From positions 348,254,001 through 348,318,000 of the forward strand of contig OZ024741.1 in NCBI GenBank assembly GCA_964016885.1: a stretch of 64,000 nt of DNA. The letters are read 5' to 3'. This DNA is from Eledone cirrhosa. Taxonomy: Eukaryota. Under the pieces are notes generated by a model. The model searched no databases. It had not been told where the DNA came from and saw only the letters and a list, made by a program, of their open reading frames with translations. A program made the position numbers and the translations under genes. Positions 52,099 through 64,000 of the stretch are shown here, piece by piece (the stretch's first letter is position 1; each line of letters opens with the position of its first letter).

Positions 52099-52764
52099 AA
52101 GTTTTATTTATATATATACTATATAAATTGGAAGTGGTCGGACATTGTATATTTAAGTGAGTAAGTAGGTATAGTCGGATAAACGTCGAAATGGCTTGGT
52201 GGAATGCAGCGAAAATTTACACACTTATGCAGAATGACCCCAGGAGGCGTTGTGTCGACTTTCAAGCTACAAGCTTCCATGGTTAAGGAGGAAATCGATG
52301 AAATAGGCATTTCCCATTCAAATTGAACTGAGAGTAATCTGTGAACGCAGAGGTAAATATTTTTTGAAACGTTGCAACCGAAGGAAAACAGAAAGACGAT
52401 ATTTTGGTTCGTGAAGACGTTCCCTGGCAATGAACGGAAAAAAGGCGAGGATAATACGTCGTTATGTGAACCGAGAAGAACAGTTTCATGCAAAGACAAG
52501 ACCAAGTTTATGGTATAAATGGAGTCGTATTTAAAATAAGAGACTGATTTCCAGCCCCGGAGTTTAAGAATGATGTAAATAAAATTGAAAACGAAAATGA
52601 CAGAGGTTATTAAAATAGTAAAAGTAAATAGTGAAGATTTAGGCCAGTACATACGTATGCCCCGACGGACTTACACATACATACACACACACAAATACAT
52701 ACACACCCACCAACACACACACACACACACACATACACACACACACGCGCACACGCGCGCGAGT

Positions 52765-53208
52765 ATGTATAAACCTGATGCATTTCTACAGTATTTCCAC
52801 CAAACTTAAGACATAGGTTACTTATGTACTCCGGATAGTCATGGGCACTTTCATTTTTCCAGATATTTATTATAGGGCCTCCCGGCAGATAACCCCTTTA
52901 ACCACATTAACCACTTCCTTGGAGTCGACTGAAGCACTGCAGTGCAATGCAACAAAACGTTATAACTTCTGGAGTTCGCAACCGATTTTCACAAAACTTG
53001 ACACATGTGCTACGTTTGTCCTACAGATGAATGTGAAATCTCAGAATTGGCACATATTGAGTAGGAAATCCCTGGGGAGAGAAACCCCTTTAGCAAAAAG
53101 CCGGTGATTTTGTAAAAGTATAGTTTTCGAAGCAGCATTCAAGTATTGACATAAATGTTATACACAACTGCTATTTAATACCCAAGCAACGCCGGGTACC
53201 TCTGCTAG
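52765..53208 (+). mobile_element. Non-autonomous Helitron (3' end clear, 5' end approximate)
   Basis: CCCAAGCAACGCCGGG hairpin then CTAG|T at 53205-53208; internal CAACCGATTTTCACAAAACTT. Confidence 0.7.
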
Positions 53209-53223
53209 TATATATATATGCAT

Positions 53224-53271
<48 letters not shown>

Positions 53272-54500
53272 TATATTGTTCACTTGTCCCCTCGCTTTAC
53301 GCGATTTACTGGTCCCAATAACTTTTTTTAGTTATTGCTCGCACCAACCTGAGGTATATGATTTTTAATGCGATGAAATACCTATGATGGTTGGAAAATC
53401 ACTGACGAAGGACTATTTTTATCATGCGTAACCCATGTGCAACCACGCAGTATCCTTCTTTCTTCTCATGTTGTTTATACATATATATATATATACATAC
53501 TAGAAGTAAAACGATACGATTTCTCTGTGGTAGACTAAAATATGTTTGTATTATCAGTGTGGCAACATCTAATTTAATTTTGAATAGCCTTGTCATTGTG
53601 TAGAACGCTCACCAAACTTTACAGGAAATAGATGCTAAGATAGAATGTTAATAAACAACAGTAAAATCATATTTCGTTGGACCGAGACGATTTCTTTTAT
53701 CTAGGCTGCTTGTCTAGATAAATGAATGAATAAATACCAGCAGTTCTCATGCTAGTTCATTCACAGAAAATTCCTGATTATAGATATACATAGGGGTGAG
53801 TGTGTGTGTTCGTCTGTGTGAGGCTCTATGCGTGTATGTGCAGGTGCATTTCATCCACACGCATATTTCTGTACCAATGAAGGATCTGAACCCTCCAAAA
53901 TCAGCTCGGGACGCCAATAATTCCCTTCCCACACACCACATGCCGTACTACATGGTTGCTCACCTTGCCCATCCTGTGAAATCCCTTTTCATATATATTT
54001 CTACTGCCTACGGTATTTCTTCGGCAAAACTATATACCACACCTGCCCTGTAACATCCACCATCGGAAATACAGAGGCATTCTAAATAGAACTACCGCTT
54101 GCTTTGTTCTCGACATGAACCATATGAAATTTAATGAAAACCCTTCCAGCTCTTCTCCTCTGTCGATTTCTCTGGATTCTAATTTAACCGAGCTAGAGAA
54201 TATTAATGTTTATTTTTCTGGGTAATGACGATTACGTAGAAATTACGTCTGAAAAGTGTTCTCTATAACTTGGCCAAATGAAATTGAAATATTCAGAATC
54301 ATAATAGCTCTACAGGTTTTCTCACATTAATCCTACACTTCTCCAAAGTAATTTCCCTGTAATGAGAACGTTGTTTCCCGATATATATTAATTTCAGAGT
54401 TATATTCTTCCAAGCATAATTTAAACCAAATTTAACGAAATATTAATAAAAAAAGAAAAAAAAAGATCAAAATTGAATGCTGTCGTTTCCTTAAAATATT

Positions 54501-54710
54501 AGGTGAATTGGCAGATCGGTAGAGTGTCGGAGAACATGCGTTGTGGCATAGAGTTATGGCCCTTTATGTTCTGATTTCAAATCCCTTTGAATTTAGATTT
54601 GCCTTTCATCATTACGGGGTTGATAATGAAGCAACAGTAATGCATTGGGGTCGATTTAATCGACTTTCCACGAAATTGCTGACTTTGTGCCTAAATCAGA
54701 AATCATTATA
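54501..54710 (+). mobile_element. Degenerate tRNA-derived SINE
   Basis: TTGGCAGATCGGTAGAGTGTCGG, GATTTCAAATCC, GCCTTTCATCATTACGGGGTTGATAA. Confidence 0.75.
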
Positions 54711-55819
54711 TGAAAGGAAACGTTCACTATTATCACAAACATTTAGATACATGTGAGCAATATTTGCCGTTACTGAATATTAGGATGAATCGTGTTTTCT
54801 TCGTCCTTGAAGACCGCCAATCTCCTAAACCACACTTGGCAGCCTTTACGAAAGAGTTGCATCTGTTCACATCAGTATGCAGGAATGTATTCTGAAATAT
54901 AGCGCTGTCACTTTTTAATCTACAGACAGTGTTGCATATATGTATCTATGCATGTATGTCTATATATATATATGCACATACACACACATACATACATATA
55001 TATATATGTGTGTGTGTGTGTTTGTGTGTCTGTGTGGGCGGGTATATATGTGTGTAGGGAGAGGAGGTGTATGTATATTATGTGTGTGTGTATGTATATA
55101 TATATATGTAGAGAGATGAGGTGTATGTATATTTTATATGTGTGTGTGTGAATAACTTATCATTTTACGCTACCGCTGAAAGTTTCGCCATTCCACGACC
55201 ATCTGTGTATTGAAGATATTTTATTCCGTTTTGTATTTGAATTATTTTATTGTACATTAGAATTATTCTCTTAGTTATCTCTCATTTATAATGTTGGATA
55301 GATATTTATATGCAAAATCCTCTCCAACATGGCCACAGTTCAATGACTATTTTATAAATTTCTAAAACAGTATATAAAGAAACTATGAAATATTTTTTTT
55401 CACACTGAACCTTAGGTATCACGTCGCTAATATCATTTATGTACAAGAAAACAATATAGAGTACAAAAACAATTTTTTTTCCAACTTGTTTCAGAACTAT
55501 TTAATATTGATATGCTTTCTTAAAGAAAAACGTGGGAAGGAAATAAGCAAAAAAGTGCGAGTGGATATGAAATTGGGTACTAAAATGTATTACTGAAAAA
55601 AAACAAAACAAAACAGACTTTGATGTCCAAAATAAAATAAAAGAGATAAGACAAACACTGCCAGACATATAGGGACATAAATAATGAAGGATACAGAGAG
55701 GGTGAGAGGGAGTGCCAAGAAATGTATAAAATAGCAAAGATTACACATTTTCAAAATTACAGACACTTGAAATGTTCTATCGACCAGTTGTGCAAGTGTT
55801 CAATACGGCATTGCTATCG

Positions 55820-55899
55820 CCGTCGTCGTTGTTGTTGCTGCTCTTGCTGCAGCTGCTGTTGTTGTCATCGTCGTCATTGTTGTTGTTGCTGCTGGCTGC

Positions 55900-55968
<69 letters not shown>

Positions 55969-55980
55969 TGTTGATATTGT
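55820..55980. repeat. (TTG/TGC/ATG)n trinucleotide tract
   Basis: TTGTTGTTGATG 12-mer periodicity. Confidence 0.9.
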
Positions 55981-56189
55981 TCGTTCGTTCACTTTCAAAC
56001 TAAACATTTAAAAGATATCACAGACGTTCTAAAAGGAAAATAAATTGTAATTGAAATCAGTGTTTTCAAAAGAGGAATAGAGATCTATAGTATATGGCAG
56101 AGAAGTAGGAAAATATGTATAGGTTTATAGAGAGGATGCTGAGTATATGGCTATACTGAAAAATAATCGGTGGTGTACAATAATTATAG

Positions 56190-56430
56190 TGGAGGCACGT
56201 GGCCTAGTGGTAAGAGTGTTGGACTTACGATCATAATGTCGTGGCCTCGATTCCTGGGTTGCGTTTTGTGTTCTTGAGCAAAACACTTCATATCACGTTA
56301 CTCCAGTATAGTCAGCTGAAAATGAGTACCGGTAATAGCTGGGCGTTTAACCCTGCGATGGACTGGCATCCTGTCCAGGGTGGGGGCTATTGTACTCTCA
56401 GTCGCTTCACGCCATGAAACCGTGATAAGC
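56190..56430 (+). mobile_element. Second SINE family (tRNA head plus CORE-like domain)
   Basis: A box TGGCCTAGTGG, B-box-like CTCGATTCC, GTGTTCTTGAGCAAAACACTT CORE-like motif, CCTGCGATGGACTGGCATCCTGTCCAGGGTG tail. Confidence 0.7.
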
Positions 56431-56516
56431 CTTCTGGTTTAAGACATGCTTTAGACTTAGACAATAATGATAAGCAAAGCAGGAAGATATATATGAAGAT
56501 TATTATTATGATGAGG

Positions 56517-56710
56517 AGGCGGTGGATTGGCAGTATCGGTAGAGGGTCGGACGCCATGCTTTAACACATAGAGTTACGGCCCTTGCCATTCTGGGTTCAA
56601 ATCCCGCCGAGGTTAACTTTCCCTTTCATCCTTACGGGGTCAATAAAATAAAGTACCAGTAATGCACTGGTAAATTGCTGGCCTTGTGCCAAAAGTAGAA
56701 ACAATTATTA
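56517..56710 (+). mobile_element. tRNA-derived SINE, best preserved copy
   Basis: A box TGGCAGTATCGG, B box GGTTCAAATCC, CCTTTCATCCTTACGGGGTCAATAAAATAAAGTACCAG core (Meta-domain-like, from recall), ATT tail. Confidence 0.9.
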
Positions 56711-56840
56711 TGATGAGGAGGAAGAGGTCGGCTGGAGGAGAACAATGTTGAAAGAGTAGTACAACAACAGCAATTAGCATAAAGAAGAGGCAGATGAAAA
56801 CCGAAGTTGAAGTCATTGATTACCGGTTTTATTATAATGC

Positions 56841-57047
56841 CAGGATTGGCAGTATTGGTAGAGAGTCGGACACCAGGCTTTGCAACATAGAGTTACGGCC
56901 CTTTAACGTCTGAGTTGAAATACTACCTGCCTTTCATCCTTACAGGGTCCATAAAATAAAGCACCAGTAATCTACTGGGGTCGATTTAATCTACTTTATC
57001 CTCGCCCGAAATTACTGGCCTTGTGCCTATACTTGAAATCATTATTA
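56841..57047 (+). mobile_element. tRNA-derived SINE
   Basis: Diverged copy of the same family with ATTATTAT tail. Confidence 0.8.
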
Positions 57048-57294
57048 TAATGCCAGAATTGTGACCGGTAGATAGTATCAGCAATTGAAAGAGCGATGGA
57101 AACATTGTTTCTTTGGTTCAATCTGACGAGGTCTATAACACTCGGCAGGCGAATGGGTCTTGTCGATCGATCAGAGCGATTATATTGAGAAACGATGGTG
57201 AGAAAAGTATGCCCAAAATAGATGGAAAAATATGAATATATACGGAATATCGTGGAATTTCTCAGAAATATTAATTTTATGTAACATATTCAAT

Positions 57295-57505
57295 GTTGTT
57301 GTTGGTGATGGTGGTGGTTTGTCGTTCTTCTTGTTGATGGTGTGGATGAGGAGTAGACTGATAGTGATGATGATGATGTTGAAAATCATGACGATGATAG
57401 TGTTGATAATAATCATGATGATGATGATGACGGTGAAGACAATTTCGAAAGCGATGACGATTAACGTATTGATAGTGAGGATCAGGTTGATCATGATGGT
57501 GATGA
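57295..57505. repeat. Degenerate (ATG)n tract
   Basis: GATGATGAT periodicity. Confidence 0.8.
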
Positions 57506-57614
57506 TAATTGTTTCTACTTTTTGGCACAAGGCCAGCAATTATCGCAGTGTATTACTGGTACTTTATTTTTATCGACCCCGTAAGGATGAAAGGCAAAGT
57601 TAACCTCGGCGGGA
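57506..57614 (-). mobile_element. SINE 3' half
   Basis: Reverse complement of tail and core up to CCTCGGCGGGAT. Confidence 0.85.
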
Positions 57615-58729
57615 TGGTGATGATAATGATGAAAAGGATGAGTGCGATGAATGTAAAGATAAGGACAAATTATGAAGATGATCGTGGGTCAGTAAATTTG
57701 CTTTTTTTGTGATAGTAATGGTGATGTGGTTCATGCAGATATAGTTTTTGCCTTCGGTGCTTAACCGCCGATCAGCTCTTCCAGAAATGAATATCCTGTC
57801 TGTTTTTCCGGCTTATAACATGTTATCTTTCATTTTTTAATCATGGCAAAATAAACAGAGTAGGGAAGGCAGTTATTGTTATGTAGCATAGGCTTAGGCC
57901 CAATCCTACTGAACAATGTTCAAACTCTTTTAAAACAGGAACAGCCAATACTTTCCTTATGTACGCGATATACTGGAACAACTTATTACAAAGGATGTAG
58001 TATGATTTTGAAAGATAAATACTTTCCTCAGGGCCATGTATATAGACAGTTTTATTTAGCAGACATACAGTTACAATAGGTTATTACTTTGCAAGAAAAC
58101 TTTGCTTTACAACACGAAACAATGAGCCAGATTGCTTATGCCAAAGTCCAGAGACATGCCAACTAGTGCAAGGATGTATGCTGACTTGCGTGACAGAGAG
58201 GCTGCGGGTACCTCGATAAATCAAATGCAGGAGCAAGCGATCAGAATCTAGAAAGGAATATCGAAAGGGCCATTTGAGAACCGAATCATAAACTACGAGG
58301 TGACCTTCAGATATTCAAATAGATGAACAAGCACCAAACTCACACGTCAGTTATCGACCCGTTAAGCAGCGGTTTATGACTCAATTAGAAGATTCTGGAT
58401 GTATAACGGCCAATATTAGATTTGCATTGCAGAATGTTGGAATATATTGAAAGCGCTACACTTGTTTAGAAACTGTACGAACACCAGTGTCTCCACACCT
58501 ACAAATATGTATTTATAAAAGGAAACAACCAAATACACCATAATAAAACACTTAATATACCACGGCCTGAAACCAATGACCACATATATCACCTATTTAA
58601 TTCCACGTGGAGGCCCTTCCACAAGACCAGTCATTAAAGTTACTAATTCTTTATGTATGATATTTCAACAATTAGCTCCATTTAATTTTCACGCCTACCT
58701 GGACTTAGGCAAACCGCAGCGGATCATCT

Positions 58730-61700
58730 AGGTCGTACCTAGATAGGATCCTAGTTAGAAATAAGGATAGGGACCTTTTAAGCTGTCCAAAGATGCTCAT
58801 CGTTGGCTATTCGGATCCCAAATTAGTGACCTGCTTACTCAACCTCGATAGAACCCATAGACAGGGACCCGGTTACTGGAAACTGAACTTGTCCTTACCG
58901 GCAAGTAAAGTGTACAGGGACCGGATTAATACTTTAGTTAAAGAGCGGTTGACGGGAGCGATCGTCAACAGCAGGTAGTGGGGATCTCTCAAAAGAGAGA
59001 TTAGAGTAGTTTCAATAGGATTTAGTAAAGGAATTAGCCTTAGATAGAAATAGGAAGGAAAGAGAGTTGGTAGATAATGTAGAAGAGGCAGTTAGAAGCG
59101 GCGACGTGGCCAGAGTGCTAGCGTGGAGATACGGCCTTGTGCCAGTTCTTGGACGCGACGCACGAAGGCTGCGTTGTCCGAAGCAAAATACGTGCTCTAG
59201 GAAACGAGGGGACCAAAGCTGTTAGCTGGGCTCGCGTGACAGAAGCCAAAAGAGGGATTAGATCCACTATCCGGTCTTTGCGACACCAGGATGTACGGGT
59301 GATCCTTGAACCTAAGCAGATGTGTGAGGCCTTTCAAAGGCACTTTACCCGATTGTTGGAGAGGGGTGGGGGGCCGGATGGGGATGTGGACTTCGGTCCA
59401 TACCTCGACGGCCTGCCGCGTCTTTCGGACGAGGAGGCGAAGTCCTGCGCAGGGCCGATTTCTGCTGCTGAGATAGAGTACGTGCTGAGCCGATGCGGCA
59501 AACGCAAATCCCCGGGTCTCGATGGTCTTCCATACGAACTATATCTAGCTATGCCGGACTTGTTCCCCGATCTCCTCGAGGCGGTCTACTGCAACTGGCA
59601 ACAGAACGGGAGAATTCCCTGTTCTGTAACCAAGGGTGGAGTCTTGCTAGTGAGGAAGGACGAGAACAAGAGGGATGAAATAAGTAATTTCAGGCCCATA
59701 ACTCTGCTAAATGCAGATTTAAAGATTTTGGCCAAGGTGTTAGCAAAGAGGTTGGCGCTTGTCTTAGGCAACCTGGTGAGAGATGCGCAGACATGTGCTA
59801 TCCCGTCAAGGTCCATCCACGACAACCTCCACCTTATGCGATACATTATAGAGAGGGTTGGGAATGAACCCGGCTTTGGTGGGGCCCTGATCAACATGCA
59901 TCAATATACGGCGTGCGCTAGGGTCGACCATCGTTACCTAGATGCGGTGCTAGCGGCGGCAGGTTTCGGACCCCTTTTCAGGGGCTGGATCACTGCCATT
60001 GCACAGCAGCCGCATCTGCTCTAGAGTCAAGGTGAACGGCTACCTCTCGGAGCCGTTCGAAATCACGAGGTCCATCCGACAATAGTGCCCTCTCTCCTCC
60101 TTTCTGTATGCATTGGCCCTCGAGCCACTGCTGTGGAAGTTGGAGTTGTTGCAGGGCATCCCTTTGGAACCGGGATTGCGGAAAGCCGTGTCGGCCTATG
60201 CCGATGACGTAACAGTAATGGTGTCGACCGCCTCGGAAATCGGGGCGATCGGCACCTTACTGGAGGTGTATGAAATGTTTACAGGGGCTAAGCTGAACCG
60301 GGACAAATCGATCGGGTTGCAACTTGGCACGTGGAGGGACAAATCGATGCCCTCCGTTTGCGTCGTCGGACGCTGGATGGAGGGCCCGGGGAAGTTGCAC
60401 GGGGTCTGGTTCGGACCAGACCTTCAGGTGGAGAAGAGCTGGGTTAAGGTAACGAACAGGGTCTTTACACTAACGCTGAAGTGGGCCGAGTGCAAACTAT
60501 CCCTGAAAGGTTGGGCGGAGTTGGCGAACACTTATATAGCCTCCGTCATCTACTACTTCCTGACCGTCGTGCCTTGCCCAAGGGAAACCCTCACCAAAAT
60601 GGAGCGCGCACTCTTCCAATTACTTTGGAAGAAGTGGGCCCCTTTGGTGAGGAGATCCATCTGCTGTCAACACCCTTCGAATTCGAAAGCAGGGCTGGAG
60701 ATGCCGTGGCTGCTGATGCATTAAGGCTACGGCACCTCCAGGTATTCCTCACCGGTCAACCGGTGTGGGCCCCATTTGTGAGACGAACCTTTCCGAGACT
60801 CGTCTCACTCACCGAGCTGCAATCCTGGGTCAAGCAAAGACCGAGAAAACTGGGCGCCTGGCACACCGAGTGTGCCCAGGGGCTCAAGGCTCTCTGGCAG
60901 GCGGACCCGGCTATCAGTGGAGACTCCTCCTCGACATTCTATAGAGGGCTGGTACGCAGCAGGTGCGACGACGCCCTCGGGGAAGCCCTAGGCATGGAGG
61001 AAGATGAACTGGCCAGCCTGTTCGGTAGGACATTTATCCCGGGACCCATGGACAACTTCCAGAGGTGCCTGGTTTGGCAGTGCTACCGAGGGTCTCTGCC
61101 GCTTCGAGAAAAGCTCCACAGACACGGGCGCCCGGGTAGGGACCCCTCTAAAGAGATCTGTCCCAGATGCGAGCGCGACGAGGAAACCGTCGCGCATGCA
61201 TTGGTACACTGGCCGGGCGTCGCCGATCTGTGGGGCTATGTCGAACGACTGCTGTCATGGGTGGGACCTATCCGGTTGAGCACCGAGTCCATTATAACGA
61301 TTAAGCCGCCTCGCCCCTTCAAAAATGAAGGAGAGGCGGTGTTTCTGTGCGTAATAGCCATGGTGAAAGAGGTTGTATGGTGGACGCGTTTGAAAGGACT
61401 GAGGTCAGACACCTTTCTCTCCGGCCAACAACTGGTCCTTTTCTTCCGATATCATTTCGGAAGAACATCAGGATGGAGAGAGATGTGCTCCACCCCAGCC
61501 AGTTTTATGAAAGGTGGGTGAAAGTGGCGAGAATGGCCCGTGTGAATGGGCCTTCTCTCTTTATCAGCCTGTAGGTGGAGAGGCGGAATTGCAAAGGAGC
61601 ACCCCCTCTCTGTGCTCCTAAGGAAAATGGTTGCACACTTTTTCGGGCGTGTGTGTAACCCCCAAAACGCCTCCTTCCTATTGAGGACTATATTGTTAAT

Positions 61701-61800
61701 TTTATATTTGTTATTTGTTTTTTATTCGTTCCTTTATGTAAACTCCCCCTTGTATTTGTCCCCTTCTTTTGTGCACTCGTGGCAAATAAATAGAAACTTA
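58730..61800 (+). mobile_element. 5'-truncated, decayed L1/Tx1-clade LINE (APE C-terminus, RT, C-terminal zinc knuckle)
   Basis: SYLDRILV, YSDPKLV, GPGYWKLN, KSPGLDGLPYELY, NFRPITLLNADLKILAKVLAKRL, SIRQ*CPLS, AYADDV, CPRCERDEETVAHAL. AATAAA before a (TCTA)n-like tail. Confidence 0.92.
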
Positions 61801-62534
61801 TCTATCTATCAATCTGTCTATTTACCTATCTATATGACCAAAATGGATGACTGAATACACACCTGCTCTTCCTCAGATGTTTCTGTTCCTTCTTTCTCCC
61901 TAATCCCTTTTTTATTTCTCAATCAATCCAGTGTCCGAAATGTAAAGTGTGTTAAACTAAAATATTTCCCCATTAGACTGTGTTGTTTTCTTTGTTGTTT
62001 CCGTTTAACTTTGCACACACACACGTGTATGTATATATATATGTGTGTGTATGTGTTTTATAGGCTTTCGATAGATTTGGACTGCAGAAAATATTCTAAT
62101 AAAAGGTGATATTAGACACAAACAGCGGAAATTGTTGGACTCTAGCATGCGTAGAAATCGAACACAAGCCTCTAATTCTCCAGACATGTGTGCATGACTG
62201 ATTACACTAACCTGCACATATATATCGATATGTATCTTATACAACTATTTTCTCAATCATACACAAATTCATCAACTTTTACACTTCCACATCTGTGGAA
62301 TTCTACTGCACTATACAGACAAACACACAGATACAGAATTACCTTGCTAGCAGTTGCACCAGCACCTACAGGAGTAGAACATTGGTAGTGGTGATGGAGG
62401 GTGTGGTGATGGTGATTGTAATGGGTGTGGACGTGGTAGTGTTGTTGTTGTTGTTGTTGCTGATGGTAGTGGTGGTTTTGGTAAGCAAAATTATGATTAT
62501 GATGATGGTCATCATGAAGACTATAATGATAATG

Positions 62535-62606
62535 GAAGAAGAAGAAGAAGAAGAAGAAGAAGAAGAAGAAGAAGAAGAAGAAGAAGAAGAAGAAGAAGAA
62601 GAAGAA
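62535..62606. repeat. (GAA)n microsatellite
   Basis: Pure GAA run, preceded by GTG/TTG/ATG triplet-rich tract from ~62385. Confidence 0.95.
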
Positions 62607-62954
62607 ATATTGAATAAATAAAAATACATGAATATAAAATTACACATAAGTTATAATACATAACAGTTATAAAACAAAATATAATAGACAAAAGGCAAAA
62701 GTGAAAGTTTATAGAAAATATGACATAATTTGGATGGTGCAAATAACAGACATATCTATGCTACATAACTGCAGATAATGGACGAAAATATATCGAGAAA
62801 GAGAAAAAAAGATGAGAAGGCGAGGCAGAATAAATGGCAGTCAATGAGTAGGTTAGATATAGATAGCAGGTTGGCGGTTGTGGGTGCCGAATGTAAATAA
62901 ATCCAGCGAGTTTACAAAATTGATTGACCATCGTAAAAGAAGGTGACTACTTAG

Positions 62955-63148
62955 TAATAATTGATTCTACTTTTGGCACAAGGCCAGCAATTAACCAGTG
63001 AATTACTGGTACTTTATTTTATCGACCCCGTAAGGATGAAAGGCAAAGTTAACCGCGGCGGGATTTGAACTCAGAATGGCAAGGGCCGTAACTCTATGCG
63101 TCAAAGCATGATGTCCGTCCCTCAGCCGATACTACCAATCCACTACCC
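62955..63148 (-). mobile_element. tRNA-derived SINE
   Basis: Full reverse-complement copy with B box GGATTTGAACTC and core. Confidence 0.88.
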
Positions 63149-63554
63149 TTAATAATGAAGTATGCATCTTACACACATACCTACTTCTATGCACACACAC
63201 ACAGATACGTGCAACTATACGCACACTTTGCCAAAGAGACAATACCAACTTCCCTTAACTACGAAACAGGAAAAACATGCATGAATTGCTAATGTCAGTA
63301 TTGATTAAAACACGAGACTCCGGTTTTTGTCGTGAAAGTACCACTGAATTTGACATGGAATTACGGGATCATTCTTAGCCTATCAAATTACTTTCATCGT
63401 CGGTATAGCGACACCTCATTACATCTCTTTTAACATTTGAAAATCATGATAATTGTGACATCCGTAAATTTATAAAATATTGTTATGAAATAAGTAATAA
63501 ATTATTGTAAATAAACATCATTAAATATTCTAATGGCATTTTCAACCGTGTGTG

Positions 63555-63616
<62 letters not shown>

Positions 63617-64000
63617 CGCTCAGACCTTTAACATTCGGTGTCATCGTCAAATATCCTGTTACATCTTAAGTATGAAAGAATCTCTAATTAATTGAATTAT
63701 GGATAAGTTTTACAAAATCATAATTGATAGAAAGACATGCCGGGAATGGGCGTGTTCATAATTAGATGGATATATGGATAAATAGATAACATGGAATAGG
63801 TTCAATGGATTATACATTTGTTCTATTGAAAATAGGTCTGGGCTGTGTATAAATATATGACTTTTTGCACCTTTTGTGCATGCGCGTGATTCTGTGGCTG
63901 ATTAAAAAACACACCTGCTTTTCATTCAATTTATTTTGCGTTCCATTCTCTTATCACTCTCTATCTTTCTATTTAATTTTCTAATTATCATTGTATCTTC

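Noticed and set aside
53960-54085. Candidate minus-strand exon with TTTAG acceptor and AAG|GTGAGC donor
   Set aside because: All three frames contain stop codons.
56517-56610. tRNA gene candidates with A and B boxes
   Set aside because: No full cloverleaf; followed by the SINE core and present in many diverged copies.
62295-62647. Poly-E and poly-S ORFs
   Set aside because: Translation of (GAA)n and neighbouring triplet repeats.

Overview
Eukaryotic, AT-rich, microsatellite-saturated DNA that looks intergenic or intronic. I found no host gene I can support. The SINE family and the (TA)n/(CA)n/(GA)n landscape suggest a cephalopod (Octopus-like), which is an inference. Nearly all interpretable sequence is transposon-derived. 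There are about ten Penelope-like element (PLE) copies or fragments of three apparent clades (Hydra-, Naiad- and Neptune-like), a decayed CR1-group LINE, an L1/Tx1 LINE and a CRE-like fragment with a PHD-like finger. There is also a near full-length decayed Helitron, two non-autonomous Helitrons, an internally deleted mariner and about a dozen tRNA-derived SINEs. The most notable signal is non-coding: about 11 type I hammerhead ribozyme (HHR) motifs, several of them degenerate. Three carry the compensatory U3-A8 core together with a perfectly palindromic stem III. Highlights are a tandem 327-nt HHR-to-HHR unit (retrozyme/pLTR-like, 45036-45617) and an ORF-less HHR element with interlaced inverted repeats whose inversion starts at the predicted cleavage site (42368-43201). 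A Neptune-like RT-EN ORF is also enclosed by ~590-bp inverted repeats. All structures were read by eye; no searches were run.
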